Of a stretch of DNA of 64,000 bases, positions 58,724 through 64,000 are shown piece after piece. The notes beneath the pieces were generated by a model. It ran no database searches, was not told where the DNA came from, and was given only the letters and a program-made list of their open reading frames with translations. Source of the DNA: Candidatus Aminicenantes bacterium (GTDB lineage Bacteria; Acidobacteriota; Aminicenantia; Aminicenantales; Saccharicenantaceae); contig JADGNU010000001.1 of assembly GCA_017883305.1 (NCBI GenBank), positions 1,606-65,605 on the forward strand, read 5' to 3'. The stretch's first letter is position 1. Each line of letters begins with the position of its first letter. A program made the translations under genes and the position numbers.

Positions 58724-59614
58724 ATGGCCGGGACCAAAAAAACCCAACCACCGCGTGCGACGATCGGCATCCTGGGCGGAACGGGCCTCTACGAGATCGA
58801 CGGATTCCGGAACAAGAAAGAAGTCCGCCTCCGCACGCCCTTCGGCGACCCGTCCTGCGCCTATATCGTCGGGACGCTTGAAGGCCGCCGTGTGGCTTTC
58901 CTGGCCCGTCACAGCAAGGGCCATCGGCTCCTCCCGGCCGAGGTCAACTACCGTGCTAACATATTCGGCTTCAAGAAGTTGGGAGTCGAGAGCCTGATCT
59001 CGGTCAACTCCGTCGGCTCGCTCCGTGAGGACATTTACCCGCGGGACATCGTCCTCCCGGACCAGTTCTTCGACCGGACCCAACGGCCGAACACGTTCTT
59101 CGGCGGCGGGATCGTCGCCCATGTCAGCCTGGGCCAGCCGGTCTGTCCGTCTCTCGCGAAAACCCTATATGATACGGCCGTCGGACTGGGGCTGAGGGCC
59201 CATCGCGGCGGGACCTATATCTGCATCGACGGACCGGCCTTTTCCACGAAGGCCGAGTCGCTGGCCTACAGGACCTGGGGCTGCGACGTCATCGGCATGA
59301 CGAGCGCCACCGAAGCCAAGCTGTGCCGCGAGGCAGAGATCTGCTACGCGACCTTGAGTCTGGCCACGGACTACGACGTCTGGCGCGAGACCGAGGAACC
59401 CGTCTCCGTCGAGCTCATCCTCAAGAACCTGTCTTATAACATCGCCAACGCCAAGGCCGTCATCAAGAAGGCCCTGGCGGCGATGGGGAAGGGGGAAGCG
59501 CCGGACTGCGACTGCGGCGCCGGGCTCAAGAACACGATCGTCACCGCCCCGTCCGCCATTCCGGTCGCGACCCGGAAAAAGCTGGGGCTCCTCGTCGACA
59601 AATACCTGCGCTAG
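58724..59614 (+). CDS. mtnP: S-methyl-5'-thioadenosine phosphorylase (PNP family II)
   Basis: 296 aa; MAGTKKTQPPRATIGILGGTGL..GMTS and Cys cluster typical of MTAP. Confidence 0.8.
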   Translation: MAGTKKTQPPRATIGILGGTGLYEIDGFRNKKEVRLRTPFGDPSCAYIVGTLEGRRVAFLARHSKGHRLLPAEVNYRANIFGFKKLGVESLISVNSVGSLREDIYPRDIVLPDQFFDRTQRPNTFFGGGIVAHVSLGQPVCPSLAKTLYDTAVGLGLRAHRGGTYICIDGPAFSTKAESLAYRTWGCDVIGMTSATEAKLCREAEICYATLSLATDYDVWRETEEPVSVELILKNLSYNIANAKAVIKKALAAMGKGEAPDCDCGAGLKNTIVTAPSAIPVATRKKLGLLVDKYLR

Positions 59615-59629
59615 GCTCGAGGGAACTTC

Positions 59630-60529
59630 ATGAGTCTCGTTATCGTCGGTTCGGTCGCCTTCGACACCATCCGGACGCCTTGGGGCGACCGGGAGAAGAT
59701 CGTGGGAGGATCGGGGACCTATGGCTCGCTGGCGGCGAGCTATTTTACCCATCCGCGCGTCGTCGGTGTCGTCGGCCGGGATTTCCCGCGCAAGACCCTG
59801 GCTTTTCTCCGCTCGCGCGGCATCGACCTCGCGGGCCTCAAGGTCAAGGCGGGGAAGACCTTCCATTGGGAAGGGAAGTACGAGGACGATCCGAACCGGC
59901 GGACGACCTTGCGGACCGAGCTCAACGTCTTCGCCGACTTTCGGCCCGAGGTGCCCGCATCGTACCGCGGCTCGCGCATTGTCTATCTGGCCAACCTCAA
60001 CCCGGAGCACCACCCGTTCGTCCTGAAGCAGTTCCGCAAGCCGGCCCTCGTCGCCATGGACACGATCCGGCTCTGGATCGATACCAAGCGCGAAGCCCTG
60101 CTCGAGGAGCTCGGCCGGGTCGACATCTTCTTCGCCAATGACGAGGAGGCCCGGCTGATCACCGGAGAGATGAACCTCGTCAGCGCCGGCAAGGCTCTCG
60201 TCGCGCTGGGCCCGTCGCTCGTCCTCCTCAAGAAGGGCGAGCATGGCGCGCTTGTTTTTGGGCGCGATTTCGTCTTCGGCGTCCCGGCGCACCCCTGCGA
60301 GCATGTCATCGACCCGACCGGGGCGGGGGACAGCTTCGCCGGGGGTTTTTTAGGCTATCTCGACAAAACGCGGAGCCTCACCGGCCGGGACGTCCACCGC
60401 GCCGCGGTCTACGGCAGCGTCATGGCCTCGTTCGCCATCGAGGATTTCGGGATCGGGCGGTTCCTGTCGCTCGACCGGGACCTCGTCGAAGCCCGGTTCC
60501 GGCAGTTCCGCAAGATGACCGCGTTCTAG
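59630..60529 (+). CDS. PfkB-family carbohydrate/nucleoside kinase
   Basis: 299 aa; ribokinase-fold signature DPTGAGDSFAGGFL; 15 nt after mtnP. Confidence 0.75.
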   Translation: MSLVIVGSVAFDTIRTPWGDREKIVGGSGTYGSLAASYFTHPRVVGVVGRDFPRKTLAFLRSRGIDLAGLKVKAGKTFHWEGKYEDDPNRRTTLRTELNVFADFRPEVPASYRGSRIVYLANLNPEHHPFVLKQFRKPALVAMDTIRLWIDTKREALLEELGRVDIFFANDEEARLITGEMNLVSAGKALVALGPSLVLLKKGEHGALVFGRDFVFGVPAHPCEHVIDPTGAGDSFAGGFLGYLDKTRSLTGRDVHRAAVYGSVMASFAIEDFGIGRFLSLDRDLVEARFRQFRKMTAF

Positions 60530-60583
60530 ATTCTCAGACACGTTCCGTTCCCGGAACGCCGGGCATGGTCAGGGAGGAAGCAC

Positions 60584-61966
60584 ATGGCAGACATCAAGCC
60601 GCCCATGGAACCTTTCCGCATCAAGATGATCGAGCCTTTGCGCGCGGTCACGCGCCGCGAGAGGGAGTCGCTGCTCAAGCAGTCGGGGCTCAACGTCTTC
60701 GGCATTCCGGCCGAAAAGGTCACCATCGACCTCTTGACCGATTCCGGCACATCGGCCATGAGCGACGACCAGTGGGCCGGCATCATGACCGGCGACGAGT
60801 CCTACGCCGGGGCGCGCAACTTCTATCACCTCGAAGAATCCGTCCGCTCGATCTTCGGCTTCAGCCACGTCATCCCCACGCATCAGGGACGGGCGGCGGA
60901 ACGGATCCTCTTCGGCGCGATCGTTAAGAAGGGGGACAGCGTCCCCAGCAACATCCACTTCGACACGACTCGGGCCAACATCGAGGTCCTCGAGGCCCGG
61001 GCCGAGGACCTGGCCGCCGATGCGGCCTACGACCCCGATTCGGATGAACCGTTCAAGGGCGACATGGACGTTGCCAAGCTGAAGAAGTTCATCGACAAGC
61101 GGGGCAAGGACAAGATCCCCCTGGTCATGATGACGGTGACGAACAACAGCGGCGGGGGCCAGCCCGTCTCCCTGAAGAACATCAAGGAGACGAGCGAGGT
61201 CTGCGCCCATTACGGCATCCCCTTCTTTTTCGACGCCTGCCGCTTCGCCGAGAACGCCTGGTTCATCAAGAAGCGCGAAAAGGCCTACGCCAAGAAGAGC
61301 GTCCTCGAGATCGCGCAAGAGATGTTCTCGTATGCCGACGGGGCGACGATGAGCGGCAAGAAGGACGCCCTGGTCAACATCGGCGGCTTCGTCACCCTCG
61401 ACGACGACGCCCTGGCGGATAAGGTCAAGAACCTGCTCATTCTCGGCGAGGGGTTCACGACCTACGGCGGCCTGGCCGGCCGCGACCTTGAAGCTATGGC
61501 CCGGGGCCTGAAGGAGGTGCTCGACGAGGACTATCTCGACCACCGGATCGCCCAGGTGGCCTATCTCGGCGGTCTCCTCGACCAGGCCGGCGTGCCCGTC
61601 CTCAAGCCCTTCGGAGGCCACGCCGTCTACCTTCTGGCCGACCGGTTCCTGCCCCACATCCGCCGGGCGCAGTATCCCGGCTGGGCCCTGACCGTCGCCC
61701 TCTACAGGGACTATGGCATCCGGGCCGTCGAAATCGGCGGGGTCATGTTCGGGCACAAGACGGGCAAGGGGAAGGAAGAGGTCTTTCCGGAGCTCGAGAT
61801 GGTTCGGCTGGCCATCCCGCGGCGCGTCTATACCGCATCCCATCTCCGCTACGTCGCCGACTCATTGATCGAGCTCTACAAGAACCGCGACAAGGTCAAG
61901 GGGCTGCGCATCGTCCGCGAATCGCCGTTCCTGCGGCACTTCACCGCCCGGCTCGAAGAAGTCTAG
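60584..61966 (+). CDS. Beta-eliminating lyase family enzyme (tryptophanase / tyrosine phenol-lyase-like, PLP-dependent)
   Basis: 460 aa; PLP-lysine region SGKKDALVNIGG; overall TnaA/Tpl architecture. Confidence 0.8.
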   Translation: MADIKPPMEPFRIKMIEPLRAVTRRERESLLKQSGLNVFGIPAEKVTIDLLTDSGTSAMSDDQWAGIMTGDESYAGARNFYHLEESVRSIFGFSHVIPTHQGRAAERILFGAIVKKGDSVPSNIHFDTTRANIEVLEARAEDLAADAAYDPDSDEPFKGDMDVAKLKKFIDKRGKDKIPLVMMTVTNNSGGGQPVSLKNIKETSEVCAHYGIPFFFDACRFAENAWFIKKREKAYAKKSVLEIAQEMFSYADGATMSGKKDALVNIGGFVTLDDDALADKVKNLLILGEGFTTYGGLAGRDLEAMARGLKEVLDEDYLDHRIAQVAYLGGLLDQAGVPVLKPFGGHAVYLLADRFLPHIRRAQYPGWALTVALYRDYGIRAVEIGGVMFGHKTGKGKEEVFPELEMVRLAIPRRVYTASHLRYVADSLIELYKNRDKVKGLRIVRESPFLRHFTARLEEV

Positions 61967-61971
61967 GCCTT

Positions 61972-62685
61972 TTAGAAAGAGGCCGTGAGGACCAGCCGCA
62001 GGCCGCCGTGGGGCCCGGGGCCGAAGCCGACGTCGATTCTTTCGCGCGGCATGTCTTCATCAGCCAGGAAATTCCTGTAGGCCCTCTCTTCGCGGCTTTT
62101 GTGAAGGAATTGAAAGGCCGCCAGCGCTCCCGGGATCAAGACCGATTGAGCCTCCGAGGATCTGGCGAGGGATCTGGCGAGCGTATAAGCCGCAAGAGCC
62201 GACAAGATCCCGCCGAAAACATAGCGCTTGGCCTTTCCCGAGCGGGCTAGAGAAGCCAACGCGTCCCGACTCGCCCGCTCTCTTTCCACGCTGTCGGACA
62301 GGCTCTTGACGACTTCGTATCGCCTTTCCGGACCGTTGGCGATGAGCAGAACACCGACGCCCCCCACCATGGCCGTTGCCCCTCCACTCAAGAGGGCGAT
62401 TCCGCCCAGGGCTTCAAAAAAACCCTCAAAGCCGTCCGAGTCATCGACCCCGGCTATGATCACAATGCCGCCGGCCAGCATGGCTGCGCCGGCGCCGAGG
62501 CAGACATAGCCGAGGGACCTGGCCCTCTTGGCATCGAGGGCCAGCTCGAGCAGGTATCGCTCCGCGCGGGACGTCGGTTCTTGTTCGGCGACCAAGGAGA
62601 ATGGCGGAGATTTCGGTTCCCCGTCTGCCCCCCCGAGCATCGGAGAGATCAGCAACCCGACCATGATGACCGCAAAGGTTTTCAT
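61972..62685 (-). CDS. Hypothetical Gly-rich exported/membrane protein (start at MKTFAVIMVGLL)
   Basis: 237 aa; signal peptide; Gly/Ala-rich hydrophobic segments; SD ggagg. Confidence 0.45.
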   Translation of the reverse strand: MKTFAVIMVGLLISPMLGGADGEPKSPPFSLVAEQEPTSRAERYLLELALDAKRARSLGYVCLGAGAAMLAGGIVIIAGVDDSDGFEGFFEALGGIALLSGGATAMVGGVGVLLIANGPERRYEVVKSLSDSVERERASRDALASLARSGKAKRYVFGGILSALAAYTLARSLARSSEAQSVLIPGALAAFQFLHKSREERAYRNFLADEDMPRERIDVGFGPGPHGGLRLVLTASF

Positions 62686-62736
62686 TTTTTCCTCCCCCAA
62701 GCCAGCTCGCCTGGCTGGACATCCCGGCCCGGTCAG

Positions 62737-62789
62737 ATAATAGCTCCAGGCAGAGGGGAGTTGTCAAAGATTTGTGAAGAGATTGTCAA
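62737..62789 (-). promoter_or_regulatory. Candidate promoter region of hypothetical gene: two direct TTGACAA boxes (62784-62789, 62762-62767; 22 bp centre to centre) and -10 TATTAT (62737-62742)
   Basis: Reverse-complement aaccTTGACAAtctcttcacaaatcTTTGACAActcccctctgcctggagcTATTAT; spacer to -10 is 19 nt (suboptimal). Confidence 0.3.
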
Positions 62790-62794
62790 GGTTT

Positions 62795-62864
62795 CTAAAA
62801 TGGGGACGCTTCTATTTTTATAAAAGATGCGAATTTTTTAAAACAGAAACGTCCCCATTTTTCC
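62795..62864. repeat. Palindromic intergenic element copy B (arms AAAATGGGGACGCTTC / GAAACGTCCCCATTTTT, AT-rich core), starting 1 nt after the toastrack-gene stop and 5 bp upstream of the distal TTGACA box
   Basis: Read directly; same orientation and ~85% identity to copy A. Confidence 0.85.
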
Positions 62865-62865
62865 T

Positions 62866-63597
62866 TCAGATCTTGATCTGCGGGGACGGCTCGCAGGTGA
62901 GGTCGAGGCTGCCGACTCCGGCGTCGATATCGACGTCGATCGTGATGGGGCTCTGGCCGTAGGCGTCGTTGACATAGGCGCCGGCCCGCTTGGTCAAGCC
63001 GCGGGCGTTGATCGAGCCCAGACCGCCGTCGACCTTGACCCGGACGCCGACTTCGGCGGGCAGGGCCAGCTTGGCGCTGCCGACGCCGCCGTCGATCTTG
63101 ACCCGAAAGCCCGCCGCGTGCGGGCCCCGGAGATCGAGGTTCACTTCGCCCACGCCCATGTCGATCTCGACCCGTTCGAGCTTGAGCCCCCTGAGATCGA
63201 GATCGCTATGGCCGGCTCCGAGGTCGATTCTGAGATCGATCGGGACGGCCTGTCCCAGGATGAGGTCCCAGCGGTTTCGGGAGGAGCCGAAGTTGATCCC
63301 GTGGCGGCGGGCGTGGCGGACGTCCAAAACGCCCTTTTCTCCGAGCAGGCGATAGTTGACCTCGGGACGGTTGCGCTCGCGGTTGAACTCGAACGAGGCC
63401 TCGAGCAGGGCCGCCTGTTCAGCCGCCCGGAGCCGCAGCTCCCCGGCCCCCATGTGCAGGCCGACCTCGGCCCGGGTCGCCCCTTCGAGGGCGACCGTTT
63501 TCGTATCCGTCATCCTGTTCCGGGGTTCATCGCAGGCGGCGGCGAGCCCGAGCAGCAGCAGGATCGCGCCGGCGGTTTTGATTCGCGTCATGGACAT
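62866..63597 (-). CDS. Lipoprotein with beta-strand-repeat (DUF4097/toastrack, LiaG-like) domain
   Basis: 243 aa; lipobox LLGLAAAC; repetitive (V/I)D(L/G)..G..(L/V) strands characteristic of toastrack folds. Confidence 0.5.
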   Translation of the reverse strand: MSMTRIKTAGAILLLLGLAAACDEPRNRMTDTKTVALEGATRAEVGLHMGAGELRLRAAEQAALLEASFEFNRERNRPEVNYRLLGEKGVLDVRHARRHGINFGSSRNRWDLILGQAVPIDLRIDLGAGHSDLDLRGLKLERVEIDMGVGEVNLDLRGPHAAGFRVKIDGGVGSAKLALPAEVGVRVKVDGGLGSINARGLTKRAGAYVNDAYGQSPITIDVDIDAGVGSLDLTCEPSPQIKI

Positions 63598-63636
63598 GGG
63601 GAAGCCTCCCTTGGTGAGATCATTCCGACATCCCTA

Positions 63637-63664
63637 TATACGAGAGCGCTGGGGCGCAGGTTCC
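63637..63664 (-). promoter_or_regulatory. ECF-sigma-type candidate promoter: GGAACC (63659-63664) -N16- CGTATA (63637-63642) upstream of toastrack lipoprotein, SD aagggagg
   Basis: Reverse-complement GGAACCtgcgccccagcgctctCGTATAtagggatg..aagggaggcttccccATG; AAC/CGTA spacing matches the ECF consensus class. Confidence 0.35.
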
Positions 63665-63667
63665 CTC

Positions 63668-64000
63668 TCAGGGAGTCCGGATCTTCTTGGCCGGCAGGTT
63701 CTGTCCCCCCTGGTGGAGCACGAGCCCGGTCGCCCGGCCCTCGGCGTCAAGGACGAAATCGATCTGGGCGTCGACGACCTTGAGGAAGAACCGCGTCTCC
63801 GATTCCGGGAAGAGCTCGACCTCGGACTGGGCGGTGGCCTGGGAAATGAGCTTTCCGCCCCGCCGGAGGATGGTGATGATGAATTCAGGCGCCAGCTCGT
63901 AATCGCCGGTCAGGCGGTCGTAGAGCTTCGGGTCGACGGCAGCCTCTTTGCGCGGGGCGGGCAGGGGCTTATCGGTTTTCGTCAGAACCTGGGCCGGCCC
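63668..64000 (-). CDS. C-terminal end of a beta-lactamase-related / serine hydrolase protein (DUF3471-like tail); N-terminus beyond window
   Basis: Reverse translation ..LYDRLTGDYELAPEFIITILRRGGKLISQATAQSEVELFPESETRFFLKVVDAQIDFVLDAEGRATGLVLHQGGQNLPAKKIRTP*; not in ORF track (no Met in window). Confidence 0.5.
   Translation of the reverse strand, partial: GPAQVLTKTDKPLPAPRKEAAVDPKLYDRLTGDYELAPEFIITILRRGGKLISQATAQSEVELFPESETRFFLKVVDAQIDFVLDAEGRATGLVLHQGGQNLPAKKIRTP

Noticed and set aside
52167-62864. Two palindromic elements as CRISPR repeats or as terminal repeats of a 10.6-kb mobile island
   Set aside because: There are only two copies, 10.6 kb apart, and no regular spacing or cas genes. 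The intervening segment contains essential metG, tsaC and folE and no integrase/transposase. There are no target-site duplications at the element borders.
62795-62864. Element B as a simple rho-independent terminator
   Set aside because: The arms do end in a U4 tract on the minus-strand RNA. However, the 34-nt AT loop is atypical, and copy A lies between two divergent start codons where no terminator is expected. Terminator function alone does not explain the element.

Overview
This is a high-GC (about 65-70%) bacterial chromosomal window dominated by core genes. From 0 to 7.8 kb: a 5'-truncated tandem ThyX-like gene and a minus-strand purine operon (purB-purS-purQ-purL-purN plus a co-transcribed membrane protein). 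From 7.9 to 39.9 kb: the classical translation/transcription super-cluster. This starts with a tRNA block (Thr-Tyr-Gly-Thr), rpmG, tRNA-Trp, secE-nusG-rplKAJL-rpoBC and the str operon (rpsL with a TTG start, rpsG, fusA, tuf). It continues with the contiguous S10-spc-alpha operons (rpsJ through rplQ, including secY, adk, map, infA, rpmJ), ending at a strong intrinsic terminator. From 40 to 64 kb: envelope and housekeeping genes. These are an SH3b-NlpC/P60 peptidase divergently paired with a secreted dipeptide epimerase, and a MacAB-like ABC efflux set (MFP, ATPase, two FtsX permeases). Next come mltD, a translationally coupled lipoprotein C1 peptidase-cca-galE operon, a secreted tandem LEA_2 protein, an OMP beta-barrel, and tsaC. 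The last block is a larC-folE-metG operon, mtnP plus a PfkB kinase plus a tryptophanase/Tpl-family lyase, and three envelope-associated hypotheticals, ending in a truncated beta-lactamase-related gene. I found no rRNA, CRISPR, transposase/integrase or prophage signal, and I do not see a coherent novel multi-gene system. The points most worth follow-up are listed here. (1) A roughly 70-bp AT-cored palindromic element in two copies, each sitting 5 bp upstream of -35 hexamers. (2) A 65-aa Cys8 insertion in RpoB. (3) Uniform zinc-ribbon (C+) forms of L33, S14, L36, S4 and L24, plus a zinc-lid Adk. (4) An ECF-type promoter in front of a LiaG-like lipoprotein. (5) Nested palindromes with flanking direct repeats in the tRNA operon leader. 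(6) No room for the canonical rplK/rplJ leaders. All coordinates of internal start sites were derived by counting from the ORF-track frames and should be within about 1-2 nt.
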